64,000 nucleotides of DNA from an uncultured Gammaproteobacteria bacterium (GCA_913045265.1 CAJWQX010000008.1:975-64974), one strand, 5' to 3'. Numbered from the stretch's first letter, positions 33,717-43,990 are shown. Numbers and translations: made by a program. Notes: generated by a model from the sequence alone, not told the origin.

Positions 33717-34919
33717 ATGAGTCTTCCCGATTGGTGGTATGGGTTTGTGGGATTGAATCCTTGGGTGGCAATTCTTTACACCCTTGTTGTGACCCACGTT
33801 ACCATCGTTGCAGTCACCGTGTATCTGCATCGGTTCTCGGCTCATCGAGCGTTGGAGTTGCATCCTAGTTTGCAACATTTTTTTCGGTTCTGGCTCTGGT
33901 TAACGACGGGGATGGTGACGGTTGAGTGGACAGCGATTCACCGTAAACACCACGTTACCACGGAGACAGAAGAGGACCCTCATAGTCCACGAATACATGG
34001 ATTGCGAGCTATTTTGTTCCGTGGTACAGAGTTCTATCGAGCGGGAGCAACGGCCGACACAATCGATCGTTACGGCAAGGGAACGCCGGAGGATTGGTTA
34101 GAGAGAAACGTCTATTCGAGATTCTTGTTCACCGGCATTGTCATTGTTGCCGTCGCCGACATCATTCTCTTTGGAAGCATTGGAATTGTGGTCTTCGGAG
34201 TACAAATGCTGTGGATACCGTTCTTCGCAGCGGGGGTAGTCAATGGCGTTGGCCATTTCTGGGGTTATCGGAACTTCGAGTGTCCGGACGCAGCGACGAA
34301 CATTGTTCCCTGGGGGATCCTTATAGGTGGCGAGGAACTGCACAATAATCATCACACCTACCCGAATTCAGCCAAGCTATCCGTTCGACCTTGGGAATTT
34401 GATCTGGGTTGGTTTTGGATACGTTGTTTTCAGTTGTGCGGTCTTGCTAAACCGCTTTATACGGGTCCGGTGGTTGAAAGAGTAAGTGGTAAGAACCAGA
34501 TTGATATGGACACCACTTGGGCAGTGTTAAACGATCGTTTTGAGGTTATGGCTCGTTATGCGGAAGAGGTGGTGGGGCCCCTCGTGGAGGAAGAGTATCG
34601 TCGGGCTGATCGAGCCACGAGACAAATGTTGAAAAGAGCAAAGTCCATCCTTTGTCGTGAGGAGATGCTGATTAAGGAAGTAGAACGACAGCGCATCGCA
34701 CGTATTGTGGACAACATCCCTGTGTTGGCGACCATCTATGAAAAGCGCGTTGAGCTGCAGGCGGTTTGGTCGAAAAGGGGAGGCAATAGCGAAGAACTGT
34801 TAATTGCGTTCAGAGAGTGGTGCAGTACCGCGGAGGCTACGGGCATTCAAGCATTGCGGGAATTTGTGGAAGAGCTCAAGTCGTACTCTGTGCCGAGGCT
34901 TGCTGCCGCTACATTCTAG
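33717..34919 (+). CDS. desA: Membrane fatty-acid delta-9 desaturase, DesA-like
   Basis: It has three His boxes (HRFSAHR, HRKHH, HNNHH). The N-terminus THVTIVAVTVYLHRFSAHRALELHP..FFRFWLWLTT closely resembles my recollection of P. aeruginosa DesA. Confidence 0.75.
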   Translation: MSLPDWWYGFVGLNPWVAILYTLVVTHVTIVAVTVYLHRFSAHRALELHPSLQHFFRFWLWLTTGMVTVEWTAIHRKHHVTTETEEDPHSPRIHGLRAILFRGTEFYRAGATADTIDRYGKGTPEDWLERNVYSRFLFTGIVIVAVADIILFGSIGIVVFGVQMLWIPFFAAGVVNGVGHFWGYRNFECPDAATNIVPWGILIGGEELHNNHHTYPNSAKLSVRPWEFDLGWFWIRCFQLCGLAKPLYTGPVVERVSGKNQIDMDTTWAVLNDRFEVMARYAEEVVGPLVEEEYRRADRATRQMLKRAKSILCREEMLIKEVERQRIARIVDNIPVLATIYEKRVELQAVWSKRGGNSEELLIAFREWCSTAEATGIQALREFVEELKSYSVPRLAAATF

Positions 34920-36612
34920 TAACCACCGCTATCCCTAGGCAGTTGAGTCCGGTCTCAAGCGTTTTAGCTGTGCGTGCACAAAGAGCTAGTCGGCTCTTGC
35001 GATCTTTCTCGGGGGCATCGAGAACGGGGCAGGTTTCGTAGAACCGCATGAAGCGGGACGTGAGTTCGTATAGATACGCACAAAGATGGTGCGGCATCGC
35101 TTCCCGCCCGACCAATTCAAGAGTTTCCTGGAAACGGCAAAGTTGGATGGCAAGGTTCCGTTCGTTGTCGTTTTCTGGAACGATATCCTCTCGATACGAC
35201 GTAGGGCTCAAGTTTGCGCGACTGAATAAACTTTGAATACGTGCGAATGCGTATTGAAGGTAAGGGGCCGTGTTGCCGTCAAACGCAAGCATGTTGTCCC
35301 AATCGAACGTGTAGTCGTGAAGACGGTTTTTTGATAGATCAGCGTACTTAATCGCGCCGACAGCGACCGCGCGTACCACCTCATCGAATTCACGGTCGCC
35401 AAGATTCGAGTTTTTCGATTGAACGATGGCTCGTGCCCTTTGGAACGCTTCTTCCACCAGATGGTCAAGGGGGATAGCTGAGCCGTCTCGTGATCGAAAG
35501 GGTCGACCGTTGCTGTCGAGTAATTTGCCGAACGGATGGTGTTCTAGTTTCGTAGATTTAGGAACGAATTCACTAGCATGGGCGACCGCAAATAACATCC
35601 GGAAATGCAGATTTTGTCTGCCGTCGGTGAAATAAAGTATCCGATCCGCGTTAAGTACCTTGTGTCGGTACCTCAGAGCGGCTAGGTCCGTTGTGTGATA
35701 CAGGTACCCGCCGTCGGACTTTTGTACGAGCATGGGCAGCGGCTTGCCTTCCTTACCAGTAAACTCTTTAAGAAACACGCACTTAGCGCCATCCGAGAGG
35801 CTAAGAAGTCCCGCCTCGTCCAGGTCCGTCACGACCTGAGCAAGGTCGTTGTTGTAGGCACTTTCTCCTCGCGTGTGGTCTGGATCAAGGGAAATGTTGA
35901 GTTGTTCATAGATGCGCTGCATGTGCGCAGACGAAAGTTCGATGAACTGTTTCCATCGAGTTAACGCGCCCTCCTTTCCTGACTGCAAATCGACGACGAA
36001 CTTCCGCGCGGTCTTTGCGAATGCGGGGTCTTTTTCAAACCTCTCGCTCGCCAGAGCATAGAAATGGTCCAGGTTTCCTAAGTCGTCGCTCGATTGTCCT
36101 TGCTCGTCCAAATAGGTCACCAGCATGCCGAAAGGTGTTCCCCAGTCGCCTATGTGGTTTTGCCGGCAGACGTTGTGGCCGAGTATCTCTAAAGTCCTAG
36201 CGGTGGCATCCCCAATGACGGTGCTCCGTAGATGTCCTACGTGAAGTGTTTTCGCGAGATTGGGAGAGGAATAGTCGATGACGATGGACTCTCGTCGGGG
36301 CACTTTTGTTACCAGATCGGCGCGGGCGAGGGTTCCTTTAAGAAATTCCTGACTTAACGTGAGATTGATGAATCCTGGGCCAGCAATCTCGGTTTGCGCA
36401 ACTATCCCGGTCAAGTCGGAGGCGCCGACGACGTCTTCCGCCAGCTTACGCGGATTGGTCTTTAAACGCTTGGCGACCGCCATGGCCCCGTTGGCTTGAT
36501 AATCCCCATATTCGGGACGGCTAGCCGGGGATACTAAGGCGGGGGCCCATTCTTTGGTAACCCGTCCGAATGCCTCGCCGAGGCGGTCGTCGAGAAGTTG
36601 CCGTACGTTCAT
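34909..36612 (-). CDS. argS: Arginyl-tRNA synthetase
   Basis: 567 aa with the HIGH motif (HVGHLRS), an anticodon-binding DALR region and the typical C-terminal ...RM. Confidence 0.96.
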   Translation of the reverse strand: MNVRQLLDDRLGEAFGRVTKEWAPALVSPASRPEYGDYQANGAMAVAKRLKTNPRKLAEDVVGASDLTGIVAQTEIAGPGFINLTLSQEFLKGTLARADLVTKVPRRESIVIDYSSPNLAKTLHVGHLRSTVIGDATARTLEILGHNVCRQNHIGDWGTPFGMLVTYLDEQGQSSDDLGNLDHFYALASERFEKDPAFAKTARKFVVDLQSGKEGALTRWKQFIELSSAHMQRIYEQLNISLDPDHTRGESAYNNDLAQVVTDLDEAGLLSLSDGAKCVFLKEFTGKEGKPLPMLVQKSDGGYLYHTTDLAALRYRHKVLNADRILYFTDGRQNLHFRMLFAVAHASEFVPKSTKLEHHPFGKLLDSNGRPFRSRDGSAIPLDHLVEEAFQRARAIVQSKNSNLGDREFDEVVRAVAVGAIKYADLSKNRLHDYTFDWDNMLAFDGNTAPYLQYAFARIQSLFSRANLSPTSYREDIVPENDNERNLAIQLCRFQETLELVGREAMPHHLCAYLYELTSRFMRFYETCPVLDAPEKDRKSRLALCARTAKTLETGLNCLGIAVVTRM

Positions 36613-36616
36613 GGAC

Positions 36617-37084
36617 TCAGGCGGGATCCACGTCTTCAGCCTGCCAGCCCTTGGAATGTTCGACTACAGTGAAAGTCACCCTCTGCCCGTCGCTTAGGTT
36701 GGCTCGCTGGCCGCCGTGAGCGCTGACAGAGCGGTGATGAACAAATATTTCGTCGCCGTTTTCGCGAATGATGAACCCAAAACCTTTGGTGCGATTGAAC
36801 CATTTAACGATGCCTTCTTCGCGTGGCGCGTCGGATGATTTGAGTTGGCTCTGGTCTCGGCTACTTCGACTCGACCGTGGGGATGCTTGCGGTCTACGCG
36901 AACTCGGGCGCACACGTGCAAGCCGCGCGTTCACTCGGATGGTAATTAACGAGGCAAAGACCGAAGCGATTGACATCGATACCAACAGGTACCACGAATT
37001 CTCGGGGAGTAGTCGATCGTAGATTTGGGTGGCAAGGCCTATGAAGAAAAGGGAAGCGGAGACCGCGGTGACGAGGACCTTCAT
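36617..37084 (-). CDS. Membrane-anchored cold-shock-domain protein
   Basis: Two predicted N-terminal TM helices are followed by an Arg/Ser-rich linker and then a canonical CSD (GIVKWFNRTKGFGFI..DEIFVHHS). It ends 4 nt upstream of the argS start. Confidence 0.75.
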   Translation of the reverse strand: MKVLVTAVSASLFFIGLATQIYDRLLPENSWYLLVSMSIASVFASLITIRVNARLARVRPSSRRPQASPRSSRSSRDQSQLKSSDAPREEGIVKWFNRTKGFGFIIRENGDEIFVHHRSVSAHGGQRANLSDGQRVTFTVVEHSKGWQAEDVDPA

Positions 37085-37194
37085 GCGACTGATCCGTAAA
37101 AGAGGCGATCATACCCTAGGGGAGCCGGATGCTTCAGGAAGTTTGAGTAACCGAAGGCCGCGGCCGAGGGGAACTTAAACAAACAATGTGAAGA

Positions 37195-37848
37195 TCAGGG
37201 GGCCCAGAGATCGTCCGAAAGAAGTCCGGATGTGGCGGTGCCTGGACGGTGAACTTCGGGTCGTCGACGGGCGTTAAGAATCACTATCGGTTCTAACGGC
37301 ACACCGGCCATTTCTTGGAGAATCCCAGTTTCCGCAAATTCAATGATCTCGGCGACGTCAGTACCGGCGACCAGGTGGCCGAATACGGTATAACCTGGTT
37401 TTCCGGGAAGAGCGTCCAGGTGCGTATTCGTACTTAAGTTAATGAAAAATTGACTGCTGGCCGAATCGGGGTCTTCTAGGCGAGCCATCGACAACGTTCC
37501 CTTCTGATTTCTCAGCCCATTAAATGACTCGTTGGGGATTTCGCGCGGGCCTTCCCGACGTTGCATCTGTACATCGTAACCTCCGGTTTGGATGACGAAT
37601 CCAGCTATCACGCGGTGGAAAATCAGTCCGTTATAAAAACCCGCATCGACTAATTCAAGGAAGTTGGCTACGGTGTGAGGAGCTCGTTCCCTGTCCAGCG
37701 TCGCGATCATGGTTCCGACAGAGGTATTAATGACAACTTGCGGCTGCTCGACGCTAGCTGTGGTATTGCCGTAAGCCATCATGGTAACGCTGCCGATTAA
37801 GATTAAGCACGCCATCGACCAATCGTATGTCCGATCTTGACTAAGCAC
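37195..37848 (-). CDS. ppiA: Periplasmic cyclophilin-type peptidyl-prolyl isomerase
   Basis: PHTVANFLELV..FYNGLIFHRVIAGFVIQTGG and FGHLVAG match cyclophilins. A signal peptide is present if the start is the internal ATG at 37815. Confidence 0.85.
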   Translation of the reverse strand: MLSQDRTYDWSMACLILIGSVTMMAYGNTTASVEQPQVVINTSVGTMIATLDRERAPHTVANFLELVDAGFYNGLIFHRVIAGFVIQTGGYDVQMQRREGPREIPNESFNGLRNQKGTLSMARLEDPDSASSQFFINLSTNTHLDALPGKPGYTVFGHLVAGTDVAEIIEFAETGILQEMAGVPLEPIVILNARRRPEVHRPGTATSGLLSDDLWAP

Positions 37849-38075
37849 TCGCTTGTCCTACCGGTTGTAACGTACACCAATTCCGACTTTCGCCAGGGCA
37901 GACGTTCAAAGTTGCGTTTATGTTGAGGATGTCGCGTTGCACATTTACGTCACATATAAAATCCGTTGACAGGGTACTATGCAGGCCTCGAACAAGTCCC
38001 TTTCGTGGCGATTGGCTCTTCCGACGAAGGTATGCGACCCGACGAGAGTACTTGGTGTAAAAGACTTGTGGTTTT

Positions 38076-38816
38076 ATGTCCGAACCTCAAATTAGCTTAA
38101 CTCAAAGTCCATCCGTTGTACCAAGGCACGTCGCCATCATCATGGACGGAAATCATCGCTGGGCGAAACGGAGGCTGTTGCCGGGCGCAGCGGGGCATCA
38201 AGCGGGGGCTCGGAACGTAAGATATGTCGCGGAGTTATGCGCCGATTTGGGGGTCGGATACCTCACATTGTTTGCGTTCAGCACAGAAAATTGGAATCGG
38301 CCGAAAAAAGAGATTGATCTGTTGATGCGCCTAATGGGCGGAATGCTCGAGAACGATGTCGAGGAGTTACACGCCAAGGGCGTACGACTGCGCATTATTG
38401 GCGATCGAAGCAGATTCTCCGCAAAAATTCAGTTGCTCATGGCGCGAGCCGAACAAATAACCCGGTTAAATGATCGTTTGTATTTAACGATTGCAGCTAA
38501 CTACGGCGGTCGGTGGGATATCGCCGGCGCCGCGCGTGAGATGGCCTTGGCGGTTAAACGTGGTGAGCTCGATCCTGATTCGGTCGATGAAAATACGTTT
38601 GAAAATTACCTATCGATGCGGGATTTACCACAGCCAGATCTGTGTATTCGCACCGGTGGCGATCGCCGCATTAGTAACTTCTTGTTATGGGATCTGGCGT
38701 ACACAGAGCTTTATTTTACTGACGCCTATTGGCCAGAGTTCGACGAAGTGCATCTTGAATCTGCATTCAGCGACTATCAGGGGCGGCAACGGAGCTACGG
38801 TAGGCGTAACAAGTAG
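38076..38816 (+). CDS. uppS: Undecaprenyl diphosphate synthase
   Basis: HVAIIMDGNHRWA, FAFSTENWNRP and IRTGGDRRISNFLLW are cis-prenyltransferase signatures. Confidence 0.96.
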   Translation: MSEPQISLTQSPSVVPRHVAIIMDGNHRWAKRRLLPGAAGHQAGARNVRYVAELCADLGVGYLTLFAFSTENWNRPKKEIDLLMRLMGGMLENDVEELHAKGVRLRIIGDRSRFSAKIQLLMARAEQITRLNDRLYLTIAANYGGRWDIAGAAREMALAVKRGELDPDSVDENTFENYLSMRDLPQPDLCIRTGGDRRISNFLLWDLAYTELYFTDAYWPEFDEVHLESAFSDYQGRQRSYGRRNK

Positions 38817-39619
38817 TGCTCAGGCTCCGCGTGATCACGGGTCTTGTTCTAGGACCCACGGTGGTTGCCGCGATCGTCTTTTCTGAACCGTGGCAATTAG
38901 CTCTATTTTTTCTTCTATTTATTAGCCTTGGTATGTACGAGTGGGCTGGATTATCGGGAATCCCGACTCCGTTGTTACGGTTCGTTTACGTGTTTTCTGG
39001 TGCGTTGATGGCGCTTTTCCTCTGGCTCTCTCCTGATATCTGGTATCAGGTTGTGATTGCCGTGAGCGTGGTTTGGGTAGCCGCAGTCGTTGTTGTTGTC
39101 AGTTACCCGCGCTTTTCGTCACGGATTAAAGTGCCTGTGGTGATGGGATCTCTCGGTTGGGTAGTGTGTATTGGGGGTTGGCTCGCCGTGAACTTAATTC
39201 GCCAGCAACCGAACGGTCGTTGGCTGGTTCTATGGTTAATCGTGGTCATAGCAGCCGCGGATACCGGGGCGTATTTCGCCGGTCGGCGATTTGGTAACGC
39301 CAAGCTGCTTCCGAGCGTCAGCCCAGGAAAAACCTGGGAAGGCGTTTGGGGTGGATTAGTCTTGGGGATTTTGACAGGCCAAGTCGTAGTAATAATGTGC
39401 GGTCTTCTTGGCCGATTTGGGTCGTTTGGTTGGTTGATTTTGACGGTATTTGTTGTGGCTGTTTCGATCGTGGGTGATCTCTTTGAGAGTGTCGTGAAAC
39501 GAATTTCCGACACAAAGGACTCGGGCAGTGTGCTTCCGGGGCATGGTGGCATTCTTGATCGAATCGACTCTTTGCTTGCCGCGGCACCGCTTTATGCGCT
39601 TTTGACGATGCTGTCATGA
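38816..39619 (+). CDS. cdsA: Phosphatidate cytidylyltransferase
   Basis: It is a multi-pass membrane protein with the C-terminal CTP-transferase signature SVVKRISDTKDSGSVLPGHGGILDRIDS. The GTG start overlaps the uppS stop by 1 nt. Confidence 0.93.
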   Translation: MLRLRVITGLVLGPTVVAAIVFSEPWQLALFFLLFISLGMYEWAGLSGIPTPLLRFVYVFSGALMALFLWLSPDIWYQVVIAVSVVWVAAVVVVVSYPRFSSRIKVPVVMGSLGWVVCIGGWLAVNLIRQQPNGRWLVLWLIVVIAAADTGAYFAGRRFGNAKLLPSVSPGKTWEGVWGGLVLGILTGQVVVIMCGLLGRFGSFGWLILTVFVVAVSIVGDLFESVVKRISDTKDSGSVLPGHGGILDRIDSLLAAAPLYALLTMLS

Positions 39620-39720
39620 GTCTGTGCTGCTATGATTCCGGTTTGAGGTTGCCTTTTTCGGAATCCCCGATAGGCGACAGCGCTACCTGAAGACGGTCAA
39701 AAGGTTCCAGATCCAACGGT

Positions 39721-41049
39721 ATGGAATTTCTTCAATACTTACTTTACTTGCTGCTGACGCTTGGCATTCTGGTGACGGTCCATGAATTTGGACACTTCTT
39801 TGTCGCGCGAATGTCCGGGGTGGACGTGGTTCGTTTTTCTATTGGATTTGGTCGCCCGCTGCTGAACTACACCGATTCGAAAGGGACTGAATTTGTATTA
39901 GCAACGATCCCCTTAGGGGGCTATGTGCAAATGCGCGAGGATGAACCTGATGAGGAGCACCGTGATCAAGCCGTCCGAACATTCCCTAGTTTGTCAGTCG
40001 GCTGGCGAATTGCTATTGCGTTAGGGGGTCCCGCCGCCAATTTCTTTTTTGCATGGATGGTCTACTGGGTCATTTTTGCAGTAGGCACGACCGTGGTCGT
40101 GCCGGTTCTGGGATCGCCTGATTCAGATACGGTAGCTCACGTTGCAGGTATTCGAGGTGGCGAGGAAATTATCCAAGTTGACGATGCACTTACGCCGTCG
40201 TGGTCGCAAGTAAACATGCAATTAGCGGCGCGGTTGGGAGATTCGGGCAAGATCAAAGTAACCACGAGCCGACGTGGAAGGAGTGTCGATTATTGGTTGC
40301 CCATTGATCGTTGGCATGCGGGAGTTGATGACCCTAACCTGATGGATTCGCTTGGTTTGACGATGAGCTTCGAACCCGTCATCGCACGAGTGGAGGTGGG
40401 CAGCGTCGCCGAAGAGGGAGGGTTGTTGTCAGGAGATCGGATCTTATCTATCAACGATGACGTGGTGACAAGCTGGACGAATTTTGTTGATCACGTGCGG
40501 CAGGGACATGAGACTGAACTAGTGCTACGTGTCCGACGACAAACAGGGGACGTATTCTTGTCGGTTATGCCAGAAAAGCGCCAAGACATTGACGGGACAG
40601 TTTTTGGTTTTGTCGGCGTGGCACCGGTCGTACCCACTCGGGAAGTACAGTTTTCTGTCAGCGAGGCACTGTGGCGGGGAATCGAGGAAGTGCAGTCGAA
40701 GACGACGTTAACACTGGGGTTGTTGAAAAAAATGGTGCTGGGTCTTGTGTCGACTCGCAATCTTTCTGGGCCTATCACGATTGCCAAAGTGGCGGGTGAT
40801 TCGGCACAAGCTGGCTGGCAGCAATTTTTTAACGTACTTGCACTTCTCTCAATCAGTTTAGGGGTCATCAACTTACTTCCGATACCGCTACTGGATGGTG
40901 GCCACGTGCTGTTTTACGGGATTGAGATCGTAATCGGAAAACCGGTTCCAACGCGTGTACAGACCCTTGGAGTCCAGATTGGTATTGTCGCTGTAGCCGG
41001 TATGATCGCGCTCGCCTTCTATAACGATTTCGCGAGGTTGCTTGGGTAA
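39721..41049 (+). CDS. rseP: RIP zinc metalloprotease RseP
   Basis: The HEFGH motif lies in the first TM helix. PDZ regions and the C-terminal NLLPIPLLDGGH motif are present. Its position upstream of bamA fits RseP. Confidence 0.95.
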   Translation: MEFLQYLLYLLLTLGILVTVHEFGHFFVARMSGVDVVRFSIGFGRPLLNYTDSKGTEFVLATIPLGGYVQMREDEPDEEHRDQAVRTFPSLSVGWRIAIALGGPAANFFFAWMVYWVIFAVGTTVVVPVLGSPDSDTVAHVAGIRGGEEIIQVDDALTPSWSQVNMQLAARLGDSGKIKVTTSRRGRSVDYWLPIDRWHAGVDDPNLMDSLGLTMSFEPVIARVEVGSVAEEGGLLSGDRILSINDDVVTSWTNFVDHVRQGHETELVLRVRRQTGDVFLSVMPEKRQDIDGTVFGFVGVAPVVPTREVQFSVSEALWRGIEEVQSKTTLTLGLLKKMVLGLVSTRNLSGPITIAKVAGDSAQAGWQQFFNVLALLSISLGVINLLPIPLLDGGHVLFYGIEIVIGKPVPTRVQTLGVQIGIVAVAGMIALAFYNDFARLLG

Positions 41050-41053
41050 GTCA

Positions 41054-43399
41054 ATGCGGAAGGTACTGGTCATTAACCTTTTCCTGCTCGGATTGCCATT
41101 GAGGGCCGAGATCGCAAGCTTTGAACTTTCGGATATCCGATTGCAAGGATTACAGCGTGTGTCTGCCGGTACGGTCTTTAACGAATTACCGGTGAACGTC
41201 GGAGACTCCATCGATGGCGTGACTGTCCGTCAACTCATTCGCGGTTTATTTCGCACGGGTTACTTTGATGACATCACTATGGCCCGTGATGGCGACGCCT
41301 TGATTATCACTCTGCAAGAGCGGCCTGCGATTGAGGCAATCCGGATCGAAGGCAATAAAGCGATTAAAGATGAGTCTTTGTTCGAAGGTCTTGCTGAGCA
41401 AGGATTGCGGGAAGGTGAGATATTTAAACAGGCGACGCTTGAACGAGTTGCGATTGAACTCGAGCGCCAATACGTCGCCCAAGGACGTTACGGATCGGGA
41501 ATTGAGACGAAGGTCGACAAACTGCCTCGTAACCGTGTCGCCATTTCAATCGATATTGAAGAAGGAAAAAGTTCGGGCATTCGGCACATTAACATTGTAG
41601 GAGCGACTGTATTCGAGCAAGACGAATTACTCGACGAACTTGAGCTTAAGCATCCGACGCTACTCGGGTTTATACGTGGAAAGGACAAATATTCCAGAGA
41701 AAAGCTTCAAGGGGATATCGAAACGCTTGAGTCGTATTACCAAGATCGAGGCTATGTCGAATTTCGGGCCGCATCCACGCAAGTTAGCGTGGCGCCAGAC
41801 CGCCGCCAGGTCTATTTGACGATTAATGTCGAGGAAGGCGCGAAATATACCGTTAACGAGGTTGACCTGGTAGGGGAGCTCGGGGAGGTAAAACCCGAAC
41901 AGCTGGAGGCACTTTTTGTCGTGCAACCAGGACAAATATTCTCCCGCGCACTGGTTACTGCAACTGAAGAGCGGATCAAAGGAGTACTCGGCAACTCGGG
42001 ATACACCTTCGCCGAAGCAACTGGAATTCCAGAAGTTCACGATGATGGAAGCGTGGACGTGAAGTTCATGGTGAATACGGGTCAGCGAGCGTATGTGCGA
42101 CGGATTTCTTACGCGGGAAACGCGACGACGCAGGATGCAGTATTACGGCGTGAGATGCGTCAATTGGAGGGCGCGTGGGCGTCAACACGAGCTATTGACC
42201 TCTCTAAAATCCGGTTGGAGCGATTAGGTTATTTTCAGGAAGTGAACGTGGAAACCCCCGCGGTCCCGGGTCGGGATGATCAGATCGATGTCGAGTTCTC
42301 GGTCAAGGAACAGCCCACCGGGAGTCTCTCGGGTACGTTAGGTTACTCAGAATATTCTGGCTTAATACTCGGGGCTAGTTTTCAGGAGACGAATGTAGGT
42401 GGAACCGGCAACAGCTTTGGCCTCGGAGTGAGCTGGAGTAAATACATGAAGTCGATCAACTACAATTTCTTTGACCCGTACTTCACGGCAGACGGCATTA
42501 GTCGCGGTTATAACCTGTTTTTTCGAGAGACGAATTACGGTGCCCGTAATTTGGCTCGCTTTTCCACCGACTCCCTTGGGGGGGGCGTTAATTTTGGTTT
42601 CCCGTTGAGTGAGACTCAACGCTTGCAGTTCTCGCTTACCGTGGAACAGACCGACATTACACAGGGATTTCTTACGGCCCAGGAAATTTCTTCTTTCGTC
42701 AATGCTGAAGGAAACGAGTTCCTCAATTACAAGCTTGAAAGCTCGTGGCGTAGTGTAACTTTGAATCGCGGCATGTTTCCTACCCGTGGCAAGTCTCACG
42801 TTGGAACTCTGGAAGTCTCGATTCCGAGTAGTGATCTAGAGTTTTACCGCGTAAGTTACAAAGGCGATTTTTATTTTCCAGTACCGCTTGTTCCGCAATC
42901 CCATCTATGGGCACTACGGTTAAGAGCCAAATTGGGCTACGGCGCAGCATTTGGCTCCACCAATACCTATCCGTTTTATGAACACTTTTTTGCAGGTGGC
43001 TTTGGCTCGGTGCGCGGCTTTGAAAACAGCACACTCGGCCCCCGCACACAACCGATCGAAGGGCTCTATTATCGGGATGCAAGGGGTGACCCGTTTGGCG
43101 GCAACGCCCTTGTGGAGTTAAGTGGAGAATTGATTTTTCCGTTACCGTTAGTCGAGCAGATCGGTCAGATACGTTCTCTCTTTTTTGTCGATATTGGTAA
43201 CGTCTTTAACACTAATTGTCCCCCGGGCACGGTAAATTGTTTCGACTTGTCGTTGGAGGAATTGCGCTATTCCACTGGACTCGCGATCACGTGGCTTACG
43301 GCGATGGGACCTATGTCGTTTGCGCTGACGTTCCCGCTCAATACCGGTCCGTTTGATGAGGTCGAACGATTTTCGTTCGAACTCGGCAAAACGTTCTAA
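41054..43399 (+). CDS. bamA: Outer-membrane protein assembly factor BamA
   Basis: The ATG at 41054 gives a signal peptide (MRKVLVINLFLLGLPLRA). POTRA repeats and a C-terminal beta-barrel ending ...FSFELGKTF are present. Confidence 0.96.
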   Translation: MRKVLVINLFLLGLPLRAEIASFELSDIRLQGLQRVSAGTVFNELPVNVGDSIDGVTVRQLIRGLFRTGYFDDITMARDGDALIITLQERPAIEAIRIEGNKAIKDESLFEGLAEQGLREGEIFKQATLERVAIELERQYVAQGRYGSGIETKVDKLPRNRVAISIDIEEGKSSGIRHINIVGATVFEQDELLDELELKHPTLLGFIRGKDKYSREKLQGDIETLESYYQDRGYVEFRAASTQVSVAPDRRQVYLTINVEEGAKYTVNEVDLVGELGEVKPEQLEALFVVQPGQIFSRALVTATEERIKGVLGNSGYTFAEATGIPEVHDDGSVDVKFMVNTGQRAYVRRISYAGNATTQDAVLRREMRQLEGAWASTRAIDLSKIRLERLGYFQEVNVETPAVPGRDDQIDVEFSVKEQPTGSLSGTLGYSEYSGLILGASFQETNVGGTGNSFGLGVSWSKYMKSINYNFFDPYFTADGISRGYNLFFRETNYGARNLARFSTDSLGGGVNFGFPLSETQRLQFSLTVEQTDITQGFLTAQEISSFVNAEGNEFLNYKLESSWRSVTLNRGMFPTRGKSHVGTLEVSIPSSDLEFYRVSYKGDFYFPVPLVPQSHLWALRLRAKLGYGAAFGSTNTYPFYEHFFAGGFGSVRGFENSTLGPRTQPIEGLYYRDARGDPFGGNALVELSGELIFPLPLVEQIGQIRSLFFVDIGNVFNTNCPPGTVNCFDLSLEELRYSTGLAITWLTAMGPMSFALTFPLNTGPFDEVERFSFELGKTF

Positions 43400-43480
43400 T
43401 TACGTTGCTTTCAGGCCTATACTCCGCGTCTAGAACGTCCATGGCTGTTGTTGCGGATCCCAAGAACCAGAAGGAGAAGT

Positions 43481-43990
43481 ATGGTGCGTAAGAAATCGAA
43501 AAAGTGGCTTTTACCGGCGGTTTTGCTTTTGTCTCTTAGTTCTCAAGCTGAATTGAAGATCGTAGTAATTAATGCGGAACAGGCGATTCTTCAGAGTGAA
43601 GAAGGCAAAGCAAAGATTGAGGCTATTCGAACAGCGGTTGAAGCCGATGAACTCAAGATCCAATCCCTTAGCGATCAAATGAAGTCGCTTCAGGAACGCT
43701 TGGCAAAGGACGTGGACGTTATCTCCGATGGAGAGAAACAGAAACTCCAAAAGGAGATTGAGGATTTAAATATCGACGCGCAGTTCGAGCTCCAAAAATA
43801 CCAAAAGAAGGGCAATGAACTTCAGCAAGATCTGATGCGAGAAATGACGCCGAAACTTCAGGCCGTGCTTCAGGATTTAATTGAGGTCGAGGGGTACGAT
43901 CTCGTTATGCCGAGAGCAGGGCTCCTCTACACGAACGCGAAACACAACATAACCCGTAAAGTTACTGAGAAGTTGAACGAAAAACAGTGA
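43481..43990 (+). CDS. skp: Periplasmic chaperone Skp (OmpH)
   Basis: The ATG at 43481 is preceded by AAGGAGA. A signal peptide is followed by a coiled-coil-rich sequence. The position between bamA and lpxD is canonical. Confidence 0.88.
   Translation: MVRKKSKKWLLPAVLLLSLSSQAELKIVVINAEQAILQSEEGKAKIEAIRTAVEADELKIQSLSDQMKSLQERLAKDVDVISDGEKQKLQKEIEDLNIDAQFELQKYQKKGNELQQDLMREMTPKLQAVLQDLIEVEGYDLVMPRAGLLYTNAKHNITRKVTEKLNEKQ

Noticed and set aside
37849-38075. A 227-bp region upstream of uppS, inspected for remnants of frr, pyrH or dxr, or a clear promoter.
   Set aside because: No open frame or recognisable protein fragment appears in any frame by eye. TTGACA- and TTGCAC-like hexamers are present but lack a properly spaced -10 element.
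42578-42585. A G8 homopolymer inside bamA, with a G7 run in the DUF2066 gene near 26944, considered as possible phase-variation tracts.
   Set aside because: The run encodes Gly-Gly-Gly within an essential, conserved beta-barrel protein. There is no promoter context or contingency-gene context, so it is most likely incidental.
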